Assembly: GCA_963797635.1 (NCBI GenBank)
Contig: CAWCPZ010000011.1
Coordinates: 386,667-450,666 of the forward strand
DNA: 64,000 nucleotides
Direction of reading: 5' to 3'
Source of the DNA: an uncultured Actinomycetes bacterium
GTDB lineage: Bacteria; Actinomycetota; UBA4738; HRBIN12
Of the stretch, positions 30,301-39,971 are shown in pieces. Made by a program: the position numbers and the translations under genes. Positions within the stretch are counted from its first letter, which is position 1. Each line of letters opens with the position of its first letter. The notes beneath the pieces are model-generated. The model worked only from the letters and a program-made list of their open reading frames with translations, was not told the DNA's origin and did no database searches.

Positions 30301-31182
30301 CTACCAGCCGCGGTCTTGCAGGCGGGTCTCCAGCTTCGAGATCTCGAGCCCGGCCATCGGGTCGCCCAGGCCGTGGGAGAGCTTCGCCAGCACGTCGGGG
30401 TTCTCGAAGTTCGTGGTGGCCTCGACGACGGCACGCGCCATCGTGGCGGGGTCCTGGGACTTGAAGATGCCCGAGCCCACGAACACGCCGTCGACCCCCA
30501 GCTGCATCATCAACGCGGCGTCGGCAGGGGTGGCGATGCCACCGGCGGAGAAGTTCACGACGGGCAGCTTGCCCTGCTCGGCCACCATGCGGACCAGCTC
30601 GACCGGTGCGCCCAGCTCCTTGGCCTTCGTGACGTACTGCTCGGGCCGCAGCGTGGTGACCTCGGCGATGTCGCGCAGGATCTGGCGCTCGTGCCGGACC
30701 GCCTCGACGACGTTGCCCGTGCCGGCCTCGCCCTTCGTGCGGATCATCGCGGCGCCCTCGGCGATGCGACGAAGCGCCTCACCCAGGTTCCGCGCGCCGC
30801 AGACGAACGGCACGGTGAAGGCCCACTTGTCGATGTGGTACTCCTCGTCGGCCGGCGTCAGCACCTCGGATTCGTCGACGTAGTCGACCCCGAGCGCCTG
30901 GAGCACCTGGGCCTCGACGAAATGCCCGATGCGCGCCTTGGCCATGACGGGGATCGAGACGACCTGCTGGATCTCCTCGACCTTCGTGGCGTCGGCCATG
31001 CGGGCGACACCGCCGTCTCTGCGGATGTCGGCCGGAACACGCTCGAGGGCCATGACGGCGCAGGCGCCGGCATCCTCGGCGATCTTCGCCTGATCGGCCG
31101 TGGTGACGTCCATGATGACGCCGCCCTTGAGCATCTCGGCCAGGCCGGACTTCACGGTGAAGGTGCCGGTCTCGCGCTGCAC
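30301..31182 (-). CDS. pdxS: pyridoxal 5'-phosphate synthase lyase subunit
   Basis: 293 aa; [48 protein letters not shown]. Confidence 0.95.
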   Translation of the reverse strand: MQRETGTFTVKSGLAEMLKGGVIMDVTTADQAKIAEDAGACAVMALERVPADIRRDGGVARMADATKVEEIQQVVSIPVMAKARIGHFVEAQVLQALGVDYVDESEVLTPADEEYHIDKWAFTVPFVCGARNLGEALRRIAEGAAMIRTKGEAGTGNVVEAVRHERQILRDIAEVTTLRPEQYVTKAKELGAPVELVRMVAEQGKLPVVNFSAGGIATPADAALMMQLGVDGVFVGSGIFKSQDPATMARAVVEATTNFENPDVLAKLSHGLGDPMAGLEISKLETRLQDRGW

Positions 31183-31266
31183 GGGTATCGCCTCCTACGA
31201 AGGGAACGGTCTGCCTCCGAGTGTACCGGAGGCCACCTCGCAGCTCGGAGGCCGAACCGTCGCGCG

Positions 31267-32324
31267 CTAGGACCCGAAGGTCACCGGAGCGGTGAACATG
31301 CCGGTGGGCGCCAGCTCGACGAACGTGGTGCCGGGCTTGAGCTGGAACTCATCGCCCTTCTTCGTGTGGAAGACGGTGATGTCGCCCTCGGAGTTGCGTT
31401 CCCAGGTGCCGATGACGAGCTTGCCGTCGCGCAGCAACCACGCCTTGCCGGTGCCGGTGACCTCCACCTCGGGCGAGGGATAGCCCACCACGTCGACGAT
31501 GTCGCTCTCGGAGGTCTTCACCTGCTGGATCAGGACGTTGTCGGTCTCGATCGCGTCGCCGTTCTCCAGCAGCATCTCCTCGCCGTTCTGGTAGCGGACC
31601 CAGCGGCCTCCCGGCCCAGCGCCACTCGACGTCGGTGAGCGGGAACGCGATCATCGCGGAGGTGGTCTTCTTGCTGGGCTTGTTCAGGTCGCCGTAGCTG
31701 AAGATCGCCTCGGGCACGGGCTCGTCCTTGGCGCGCTTCTGGCCGGCCACCCAGAGCTTGTTCGTGTTGGCGAACAGGTTGTGCGGCACCTCGCGCGCAT
31801 CGTCGCGGGTGAACGGCGGCGCGGGGTCGCCCTCGGTCATGCCCACCACGCCCGACTCCTTGATGATCTTCACGACCCGGTTCGCGCCGCCCGAGTAGGC
31901 GAGCAGCGGATGGGGGCTGAACTGCAGCAGGATCTTGGGGTCGGTGGTGCGGGCGCTGCGCACCGGGCCGACACGCTCGGCGCTCGAACAGTTGAAGACC
32001 ACGATGAACCGCGTGATGCCGCCTTCGACGACCTCTTCGTAGACGACGTCGGCCTTGTCCAGGCCCACGAGCGGCATCGCGTCGGGCGTGTTCTCCACCT
32101 TGACGGCGAGCGCGGGGCGGGCCGGCGGCTCCTTGTCCTCGCCGACCGGCTGGTTCGTGAGCGGGCACGGCGTGGGGGGCGTCTGATCGCCGGGAACGAC
32201 GGGATCGACGCGCCTTGGCGACGGGGTTGTCGCCGGTCAGGGCGAGGGCGGCGACGCCTCCGCCGAGCACGGCCACGACCGCACCTCCGGCGATCAACGC
32301 CTTGCCGCGAGTGGTGAGTGCCAC
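31267..32324 (-). CDS. DUF3048 domain-containing membrane-anchored protein; reading frame broken by two single-base indels (~32204-32214 and ~31600-31612); start approximate
   Basis: Frame 1 (ORF 31530..32390): VALTTRGKALIAGGAVVAVLGGGVAALALTGDNPVAKA (TM anchor). Frame 2 (ORF 31349..32098, extendable upstream to VDPVVPGDQTPPTPCPLTNQ...PARPALAVKVENTPDAMPLVGLDKADVVYEEVVEGGITRF...). Frame 3 (ORF 31267..31575): WVRYQNGEEMLLENGDAIETDNVLIQQV...GDEFQLKPGTTFVELAP. Confidence 0.75.
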
Positions 32325-32478
32325 GGTGGGGGAACCTCCTGGGTACCGGTTGGTTTCGGTTCGGATGGCCCTGGTCGAAGGGCCGTTCATGAGGATGGGT
32401 CCCGATCGGGGACCCGGGTCGATGCTACCGGCGGTTCGGCGGACGCCTCAAACACCCGGGCCCACTTCGACATGAACG

Positions 32479-33384
32479 TCACATCTCCTCCAGCCGGCGG
32501 ATCCGCTCGGCGAGCGGGGGGTGGGTCGAGAACAGCCGCTCCATCGTGGAGTTCTTCTCCCCCGGGATGCGCGATGGCTGGTTGAGCCACAGATGGGCGG
32601 TGGCGTTGTTGGCCGACCGCATCGCCGTCGGCGCGGTCTCGAGCTTCTGCAGCGCCGAGATCAATCCGGGCGGATACCGTGTGAGCAAGGCACCCTGAGC
32701 ATCGGCGAGGTACTCGCGGTTGCGCGAGACCGACAGCTTGATCACCTGGCCGGCCAGTGGCGCGATCGCCATCAGCGCGAACCCCACCGCGAACATGATC
32801 AGGCCGAACCCGCCGCCGTTCGAATCGTTGCCACGGCGTCCGCCGATCCCGCCCCACCACCAGCTGCGCATGAAGAACTCCGAGAGCAGCACCGCGGCGC
32901 CCACCAGGGTGGCGACGATGGTGCCCAGCAGGATGTCTCGGTCGACGACGTGGGACATCTCGTGGGCGATCACGCCCTCGAGCTCCACGCGGTTCATCAT
33001 GGCCAGCAGGCCTTCGGTCACGGCGATCGACGAATGCTCGGGGTCGCGCCCCGTGGCGTAGGCGTTGGGCGCCTGCTCGGGCACCACGTAGACCTTCGGC
33101 TTCGGCACACCCGCGGCGATCGCGAGGCCCTCGACGATGTTGTGCAGGCGCGGCTGTTCGTCGGGGGTCACGAGCTTGGCGCGCGTGGAGGCGAGGACCA
33201 CCTTGTCGCCCGAGAAGTACGACCAGGTGGCCAGGAGGAACGCCACCACCAGGGCGATCACCAGGCCGAGCGGCCCCGTGCCGAAGAGGTAGCCGATCGC
33301 GAGGCCGATCACGCCCAGGAAGAGGAAGGCCCCGATGACGAGCAGGACCGACTTCCGTTTGTTCGACGCGATCTCTTCGTACAT
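32479..33384 (-). CDS. htpX: zinc metalloprotease HtpX (M48 family)
   Basis: 301 aa; HEMSHV zinc motif, four TM segments. Confidence 0.9.
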   Translation of the reverse strand: MYEEIASNKRKSVLLVIGAFLFLGVIGLAIGYLFGTGPLGLVIALVVAFLLATWSYFSGDKVVLASTRAKLVTPDEQPRLHNIVEGLAIAAGVPKPKVYVVPEQAPNAYATGRDPEHSSIAVTEGLLAMMNRVELEGVIAHEMSHVVDRDILLGTIVATLVGAAVLLSEFFMRSWWWGGIGGRRGNDSNGGGFGLIMFAVGFALMAIAPLAGQVIKLSVSRNREYLADAQGALLTRYPPGLISALQKLETAPTAMRSANNATAHLWLNQPSRIPGEKNSTMERLFSTHPPLAERIRRLEEM

Positions 33385-33951
33385 CTAGGTGCCCGGGGTG
33401 AGATCCACCCGCACCGGTCCTCGTTCCGGATCGTCGATGTCGAAGAAGTCGCGGGTGGTGAACCCGAACGCCTTGGCCACCAGGTTGGACGGGAACGAGC
33501 CCACCAGCGTGTTCAGCTTCATCACCTGGTCGTTGTAGAACTGCCGGGCGTAGGCGATCTTCGACTCCGTTCCCGTCAGCTCCTCCTGCAACGCGAGGAA
33601 GTTCTGGTTCGCCTTCAGCTCCGGATAGTTCTCGGCGACCGCGAACAACTGGCGCAGGCCGCCGGTGATCGCGTTCTCCGCCTGGGCCTGCTGGTCGACG
33701 CCATCGGCGGCCATGGCGCCCGCCCGGGCCTCGGTGACGTGTTCGAAGACCTCGCGTTCGTGGCTCGCGTAGCCCTTCACGGTCTCGACGAGGTTGGGGA
33801 TCAGGTCGTAGCGGCGGCGGAGCTGGACGTCGATCTGCGACCAGCCGTTGTCGACCCGGGTGCGGAGCGCCACCAGGCGGTTGAACAGGTAGATGCCCGC
33901 CAGGAGCACGACGGCGAGCAGCCCGACCACGATCCAGAGCACCGGTGACAT
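33385..33951 (-). CDS. lemA: LemA family protein
   Basis: 188 aa; N-terminal TM helix, NGWSQIDVQLRRRYDLIPNLVETVKGYASHEREV. Confidence 0.85.
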   Translation of the reverse strand: MSPVLWIVVGLLAVVLLAGIYLFNRLVALRTRVDNGWSQIDVQLRRRYDLIPNLVETVKGYASHEREVFEHVTEARAGAMAADGVDQQAQAENAITGGLRQLFAVAENYPELKANQNFLALQEELTGTESKIAYARQFYNDQVMKLNTLVGSFPSNLVAKAFGFTTRDFFDIDDPERGPVRVDLTPGT

Positions 33952-33955
33952 GCGC

Positions 33956-35068
33956 CTATCGTATCGACGGTGGCGACCCGGTGGCCGCCCGCTCGTAGAT
34001 CGCCTCCAGCCGTGCGGTGACCACCGACCAGTCGTAGGTCGCCGCTCGTGCCCGGCCCGCTGCCGACAGGCGTTCGGCGAGTGCCGGCGTCATCGAGGAC
34101 CCGCGCGGCCGCCGCCGCCAGCGCCCCCGCGTCGCTGGGCGGGACCAGCAGGCCGTCCACCCCGCCTCGGATCACCTCCCGGTAGCCGGCGATGTCGCTG
34201 GCGACCACCGGCAGCCCGGCGGCCATGGCCTCGACGAGCACGACACCGAAGCTCTCGCCCCCCACGGACGGCCCGAGGTAGAGGTCGCACGCGGCGTGGA
34301 ACGGGGGCAGGTCGATGTTGGGAACCGGCCCGAGCATCGTGACGCGCGCGCGGACCGACGGCGCGAGGCGGTCGAGGGCCGCGCGGTCGGGACCATCGCC
34401 CGCCACGACCAGTCGCAGGTCCGGACGCTCGGCGGCGAGCGTCGCGAAGGCTTCGACCGCGGTGGGGAACCCCTTCCGTTCGTCGAGGCGTCCGACGAAC
34501 AGGAGCTTCGTGCCCGCTCCGAGGTCGGCGGGCTCCGCGTCGGCGAACCGGGACACGTCCACGCCGTTGGGCACGATCTCGAACGCGCCGCCGATGCGCG
34601 AGCCCGCGAACGCGGCCGCGGCCTCCGACACCGCGACCCGGATCGAGATGCGACGCGCGATCCTGCGGAGCACCGGCGCGGTCACGTCGTAGAGACGGGA
34701 CCGGCTGGCGCCCGAGTGGAAGGTCGCCACCACCGGAACCGGGGCGCCGAGCGTGGCCCACATCGACGTGCTCGGGGTGAGCGGCTCGTGGGCATGGACC
34801 ACGTCGGGTCCGAAGCGCCGCAACAGTCTCTCGGACGCTGAGCCATGGACCACGGCCGCGGGTCGATGGGGGCGTTCGAGGCGTTGTACGGGATGTCGAC
34901 GGGACGGCCCACCGGGCTCACCCACGGCTGGGCGGCTCCATCGCGAACCGGGGCGATCACGGTCACGGCATGGTCGCGGGCCAGGAGCGACTCGGCCAGC
35001 TCCCGGACGTGGGTCTGGACGCCTCCGGGGTCGTCCCACGCATACGGGCAGATCAGCGCGACGCGCAT
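33956..35068 (-). CDS. pimA: phosphatidylinositol alpha-mannosyltransferase PimA-like GT4 glycosyltransferase; reading frame broken by two single-base indels (~34840 and ~34085)
   Basis: N-terminus MRVALICPYAWDDPGGVQTHVRELAESLLARDHAVTVIAP...IPYNASNAPI (tail of ORF 34682..35578). Core RLLRRFGPDVVHAHEP...GGESFGVVLVEAMAAGLPVVASD... (ORF 33801..35039). Real C-terminus ALAERLSAAGRARAATYDWSVVTARLEAIYERAATGSPPSIR* is in a third frame ending at 33956-33958; residue-by-residue similarity to M. tuberculosis PimA. Confidence 0.82.
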
Positions 35069-35079
35069 CGGCGGCCGAA

Positions 35080-35975
35080 CTACTCCGGCCACCCGGGCTG
35101 GAACACGTGCCAGTCCGAAGGCGCCGCCGAGATCAACCGCTCGTACTCCGCTGCGAGGGCCTCGGTGAGCGCGACGACGTCCTTGCGACGGTCTCCCGCT
35201 CGGTTCCACCGTCAAGGGCGGGCGGAACACGAGCCGCCATCCCTCGGGCGTCTGGTAGGCGGCCGACGGCACCATCGGCGCTCCGGTCGTGATCGACAAC
35301 AGCGCCGGGCCGGCGGGCAGCTTCCGGCCGCGTCCGAACATCGTGACCTCGACCCCGCGGCCGGTGAGGTCGCGGTCCGACGACCAGCGAGACCACGCGG
35401 TTGTCCGCCAGCGCCGTCGCGAGCTGGCGCCCCACCGTGGCGCCGGACAGACCGAGGATGTCCATGCCCAGCTGCGAGCGATGGTCGACGAAGAGCTCGA
35501 ACAGGCGCCGGGGCTCGAGCTGTTCGGCCACCGACACGCACCGATGACCTTCCGCCAGGAGCCATCGCCCTGCCGCATCCCAGTCTCCGACGTGGGGCAT
35601 GGCGATGATCACGCCGGTCCCGGCCTCGAGCGGATCGAACAGGTGGTGCGCGTCCACCGTGGTGAACCGCTCGATCATGGTCTCGTCGGTCTCGCCCACG
35701 ACGTGGAACGAGTCGAACCAGTAGCGCGCGTAGAGGTCGAACGCCTCGCGGGTGGAGGCCCGCACCAGCGGGTCGCCCGGCGGCCGCCCCAGCACCTGAG
35801 CCTGGTTGAAGGCCACGGTGCGACGCACGCCGGGCATCAGATCGTGCGCCAGCAGCCCACCGAACCGGAACAGGCGCCGGCCGAACCTCTCAGGCAGCGT
35901 CCGGCCCAGCCACGCGACCGCCCGGTAGACGTGGAAGATCACCGTCTGCTTCGGGGTCTCCTCGGACCCCCTCAT
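35080..35975 (-). CDS. patA: PIM acyltransferase PatA-like (lysophospholipid/lipid A acyltransferase family); reading frame broken by two single-base indels (~35376 and ~35195)
   Basis: N-terminus MRGSEETPKQTVIFHVYRAVAWLGRTLPE...IIAMPHVGDWD...LADNRVVSLVVG (ORF 35133..36416). Middle DRDLTGRGVEVTMFGRGRKLPAGPALLSITTGAPMVP...LTVEPSG (frame of ORF 34682..35578). C-terminus DRRKDVVALTEALAAEYERLISAAPSDWHVFQPGWPE* in a third frame; the stop is 11 nt before the pimA ATG. Confidence 0.8.
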
Positions 35976-36502
35976 GCGCGCTCCTCCCGGGCCACCTGCG
36001 AGGTCCGCACCACGACGGCCAGCACGGACATCGCGGCGGCGACCCACAGCGTCCAGGTCAGCCATCCGAACGCGAGCCCGGCGCACACGAGCGCGTAGCG
36101 CATGCCTCTGGTGATGTGCGATTCCTCGACGCTGTAGGACAGCGATGCTCCCCGCGCGCGGACGTACGCCGACAGGAAGCTCGCGCACAGGGCCACCAAC
36201 GCGGCCACCGCCGTGGTCGGCGTGGCGATGCGGGCCACCCAGGCGATCGTCCCCAGGATCACGCCGTCCCACGCACGGTCGAGCAGTTCGTCGAGCATGC
36301 GGTCGGTGGGTCCCCCGGCGCCGTGGTTCGCGCGGTGCCCTCCCACCAGGAGCAGGACGGAGGCGGCGGCGGCGAAGGCGGCGGCGACCTCGGGTTCCCG
36401 GGCCACCACGAACCACCCCGCGGCGACCACGACGAGCGCCCCCGCGACCAGCGTGCTCCGCGTGAGGGCCGTCCCGGGTGGTTGGCGTTCGAATCGAAGC
36501 AT
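35972..36502 (-). CDS. pgsA1: CDP-alcohol phosphatidyltransferase (phosphatidylinositol phosphate synthase PgsA1-like)
   Basis: 176 aa; multi-TM, D(x2)DG(x2)AR-type region DRMLDELLDRAWDGVILGTIAW; 4-nt overlap with the patA start; same pgsA1-patA-pimA order as M. tuberculosis Rv2612c-Rv2610c. Confidence 0.8.
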   Translation of the reverse strand: MLRFERQPPGTALTRSTLVAGALVVVAAGWFVVAREPEVAAAFAAAASVLLLVGGHRANHGAGGPTDRMLDELLDRAWDGVILGTIAWVARIATPTTAVAALVALCASFLSAYVRARGASLSYSVEESHITRGMRYALVCAGLAFGWLTWTLWVAAAMSVLAVVVRTSQVAREERA

Positions 36503-36567
36503 GAGGGTCCGCCGGAGCGTAGCAACTTGAGTAGGATGCCCCCTACCTCTCGGGCGAAGGAGTTGCG

Positions 36568-38658
36568 TTGAAGACCTACGACGCCAAGGACATCCGCAAC
36601 GTCCTGCTGGTCGGCCACGGAGGGTCGGGCAAGACGACCCTGCTCGAGGCCATGCTCTTCACCTCGGGCGCGATCACGCGCATGGGCACGGTGGAGGACG
36701 GCAACACCGTCTCCGACCACGATCCCGACGAGCAGCGCAAGGGCATCTCGGTCTCGCTGGCGATGGCCCCGGTGGAGTGGAACGGGGTCAAGATCAACGT
36801 CCTCGACGCGCCCGGCTATGCCGACTTCATCGGCGACGTGCGCTCGGCGATCCGCGCGGTGGACGCCGTGATCGTCGTGGTCTCGGCCGTGGACGGTGTC
36901 GAGGTCCAGACCGAAGCCGCGTGGGAGCTGGCGGTCGAGGAGGGCCTGCCGCGCGCGATCTTCGTGAACAAGCTCGATCGCGAACGCGCCGACTTCCAGG
37001 CGACGCTCGACCAACTCGTGTCCTCGTTCGGCAACCAGGTGGCCCCCTTCGAACTCCCGATCGGTCAGGAGCACGAGTTCAAGGGCGTCGCCGATCTGCT
37101 GCACGAGAAGGCCGACCTGTATCCGAGCGGCCCGAAGGCCGAGGAGTCGGATTGGCCCGATGACCTGCACGCCATGGCCGACCCCGCCCGCGAGAAGCTG
37201 ATCGAAGCGGTCGCCGAGTCCGACGACGCGCTGATCGAGGAGTACCTCGAGGTGGGAACCCTGCCGGAGGAGCACATCGTGTCCGGCGCCAAGGACGGCT
37301 TCGCCCGCGCGCGGCTGGCGCCGGTGATCGTCGGATCGGCCACGAAGGCCATGGGCATCGACCGGCTCCTGGACTTCATCGTGGAGGAGTTCCCCTCCCC
37401 GCTGGAGCGCGGTCCGATCACGGTGATCGGCAAGGACGGCACCGAGAGCGAGCGGCCGAGCGAGGCGAACGGGCCGACGACCGCGTTCGTGTTCAAGACG
37501 GTCTCGGACCCGTTCGTCGGCCACATCACGATGTTCCGGGTCTTCAGCGGGGCGATCCGGCCGGACACCTCGGTCCACAACAGCACGCAGGGCACCGACG
37601 AGCGCATCGGTCAGCTCTTCACGCAACGAGGCAAGGAGCACGAATCGGTCCCAGCGGTCTCGGCCGGGGACATCGGCGCCGTCGCGAAGCTGCAGCACGC
37701 CCACACCGGCGACACGTTCGCGACCAAGGACGCGCCGGTGCACCTGCGGCCGCTCGAGCTGCCCGAGCCCCTGCTCGCCTACGCGATCGCGCCCAAGGCC
37801 AAGGGCGAGGAGGACAAGCTCGCCACCGGACTCGCTCGACTCCGTGAAGAGGACCCCACCCTGCGCGTGAGCCGGAGCGAAGAGACGCACGAGACCGTGA
37901 TGCACGGGATGGGCGAGGCCCATCTCGAGGTGATGATCGAGCGACTCAAGGGCAAGTTCGGCGTCGACGTCGTCACCAGTCCCGCGAAGATCGCCTTCCG
38001 GGAAACGATCCGCACCAAGGCCACCGCCACCGGCCGGCACGTCAAACAGAGCGGTGGTCACGGCCAGTACGCCGTCTGCGTGATCGACGTCGAGCCCCTC
38101 CCCCACGGTGAAGGGTTCGTCTACGAGAGCAAGATCTTCGGCGGCGCGATCCCGCAGCAGTTCATCCCGTCGATCGAGAAGGGCATCGTCAAGACGATGG
38201 TCGACGGCGTGGTGAGCGGGAACCCCATGGTCGACATCAAGGTGACCCTCACCGACGGCAAGTTCCACACGGTGGACTCCTCCGACATGGCCTTCCAGAT
38301 CGCGGGGTCGATGGCGCTGAAGGAGGCGGTCGACCAGGCCGGGGTCGTGCTGCTGGAGCCGGTCGTGGATCTCGAGGTCGTCGTGCCGGAGGTCTACACC
38401 GGCGACGTCATGGGCGATCTCAACGCCAAGCGCGGCAAGATCGCGGGGATGGAGCAGATCGGTGGCGGCAAGCAGCGGATCAAGGCCCAGGTGCCGCAGG
38501 CCGAGGTGGCGCGCTACGTGATCGACCTCCGTTCGATGACCGGGGGCCGGGGGGCCTTCTCCATGACCTTCAGCCACTACGAGCAGCTTCCTCAGCACCT
38601 CGCCCAGAAGGTCATCGACGACTACCAGAAGAGCCGCGAGGAAGCCCACAAGAAGTAG
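36568..38658 (+). CDS. elongation factor G paralog (EF-G-like translational GTPase)
   Basis: 696 aa; TTG start 5 nt after AAGGAG; G-domain VGHGGSGKTTLLEAML, DAPGYADF, NKLD; EF-G domains II-V. Confidence 0.88.
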   Translation: MKTYDAKDIRNVLLVGHGGSGKTTLLEAMLFTSGAITRMGTVEDGNTVSDHDPDEQRKGISVSLAMAPVEWNGVKINVLDAPGYADFIGDVRSAIRAVDAVIVVVSAVDGVEVQTEAAWELAVEEGLPRAIFVNKLDRERADFQATLDQLVSSFGNQVAPFELPIGQEHEFKGVADLLHEKADLYPSGPKAEESDWPDDLHAMADPAREKLIEAVAESDDALIEEYLEVGTLPEEHIVSGAKDGFARARLAPVIVGSATKAMGIDRLLDFIVEEFPSPLERGPITVIGKDGTESERPSEANGPTTAFVFKTVSDPFVGHITMFRVFSGAIRPDTSVHNSTQGTDERIGQLFTQRGKEHESVPAVSAGDIGAVAKLQHAHTGDTFATKDAPVHLRPLELPEPLLAYAIAPKAKGEEDKLATGLARLREEDPTLRVSRSEETHETVMHGMGEAHLEVMIERLKGKFGVDVVTSPAKIAFRETIRTKATATGRHVKQSGGHGQYAVCVIDVEPLPHGEGFVYESKIFGGAIPQQFIPSIEKGIVKTMVDGVVSGNPMVDIKVTLTDGKFHTVDSSDMAFQIAGSMALKEAVDQAGVVLLEPVVDLEVVVPEVYTGDVMGDLNAKRGKIAGMEQIGGGKQRIKAQVPQAEVARYVIDLRSMTGGRGAFSMTFSHYEQLPQHLAQKVIDDYQKSREEAHKK

Positions 38659-38673
38659 GCGTCGCGAACGCGC

Positions 38674-39489
38674 TCAGAGCGCGTACTCGGCCAGGAAGGG
38701 CAGGACCGCGGCGTCGAACGCTTCGGGGTTGCGCACGTTGACGACGTGATCGGCATCGATCGTCACCAACCGGCCGTCCAGCACCTCGCGTCCGATCAAC
38801 TCGTCGCAGCGCCGCATGAAGGGCGGATCGTGCTCGGCGACCAGGACCAGCGTCGGCACGTCGATCTCGCCCAGCCGCAGGGCGGCCGGGGGTTCGAGTT
38901 CTTCCTCGGCGCTCTCATCCATCGTCAGTTCGTGGATGTTGTCGAACGCGATCTCGCGGATGCGCCGGCCGGCGGCATCGTCCGTGCCCATCGGCGCCCA
39001 GACCTCGAGTCGCAGGTCCTCCGCTCGCTCCAGGTCACCGGCCTCGACCGCCGCTTCCACGGGATCCATCCGTGCCTCCCACCACGCGTTCTCTTCCTCG
39101 TTGGCTTCGAACCCCCCGAGCCCGGCGGCCGCAAGCACGAGGCTCACGACCTTGGTCGGTTCCACCAACACGAAGTCGACGGCGATCGCCCCACCCATCG
39201 AGCACCCCACGATGCTCGTCTGCTCGATGCCCACGTTCTCGAGCAACACCGCGAGGTCCCGCGCATGGGAGTAGGACGCTCCCGTGAGACGGCTGGACCG
39301 CCCGTACCCTCGGACGTCGTACCGGAGCACGCGGTACCGATCGGTCCAGGCGTCGAACTCCCGATCCCACGTGCGCCGGTCCCACAGTCCGGGGTGGATC
39401 ATCGTGAGCATCGGCCCCTCGCCCGCCAGGTCGTAGGCGAGATGGCCGCCGTCGGGAAGCGCGACGGTGCCCTCCATCACGGTGCTCAT
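38674..39489 (-). CDS. alpha/beta-fold hydrolase
   Basis: 271 aa; nucleophile elbow GCSMGG; 4-nt overlap with the HIT gene. Confidence 0.8.
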   Translation of the reverse strand: MSTVMEGTVALPDGGHLAYDLAGEGPMLTMIHPGLWDRRTWDREFDAWTDRYRVLRYDVRGYGRSSRLTGASYSHARDLAVLLENVGIEQTSIVGCSMGGAIAVDFVLVEPTKVVSLVLAAAGLGGFEANEEENAWWEARMDPVEAAVEAGDLERAEDLRLEVWAPMGTDDAAGRRIREIAFDNIHELTMDESAEEELEPPAALRLGEIDVPTLVLVAEHDPPFMRRCDELIGREVLDGRLVTIDADHVVNVRNPEAFDAAVLPFLAEYAL

Positions 39490-39971
39490 GACGCGAACCT
39501 CGGCGCGAGCCGGCGAGCGGTGTCGGCGAGGAGTTCGGGCAGCACCCTCGTCTCGCCCACGACCGACATGAAGTTGGTGTCGCCGTTCCAGCGCGGCACG
39601 ACGTGCCAGTGGACGTGTTCGGGGATGCCCGCGCCCGCGCCGGCGCCCAGGTTCAGTCCCACGTTGAACCCGTGCGGCTGATCGTCGCGCAGCGCCCGGA
39701 CGGATCGCTGGATCAACATCTGCACCTCCAGGAGTTCATCGGAGCTCAGCTCCTCCAGATCGCCCACGTGCCGGAGGGGGACCACCAGGAGATGCCCGGG
39801 GTTGTAGGGGAACTTGTTCAACACGATGTAGGCCGTGGCGCCCGTCGCCAGCACGCGCTCGGGTTCACGATCCGGGATGACGCAGAAGACGCACGCACCG
39901 TCGGTGACACCACGTTCCTCGGAACCCGAACGGATGTACTCCATCCGCCACGGACTCCAGAGGTGATCCAC
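39486..39971 (-). CDS. HIT-family nucleotide hydrolase/phosphorylase (Ap4A phosphorylase-like)
   Basis: 161 aa; histidine triad region HVHWHVVPRW; conserved downstream neighbour of thrS. Confidence 0.8.
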   Translation of the reverse strand: MDHLWSPWRMEYIRSGSEERGVTDGACVFCVIPDREPERVLATGATAYIVLNKFPYNPGHLLVVPLRHVGDLEELSSDELLEVQMLIQRSVRALRDDQPHGFNVGLNLGAGAGAGIPEHVHWHVVPRWNGDTNFMSVVGETRVLPELLADTARRLAPRFAS

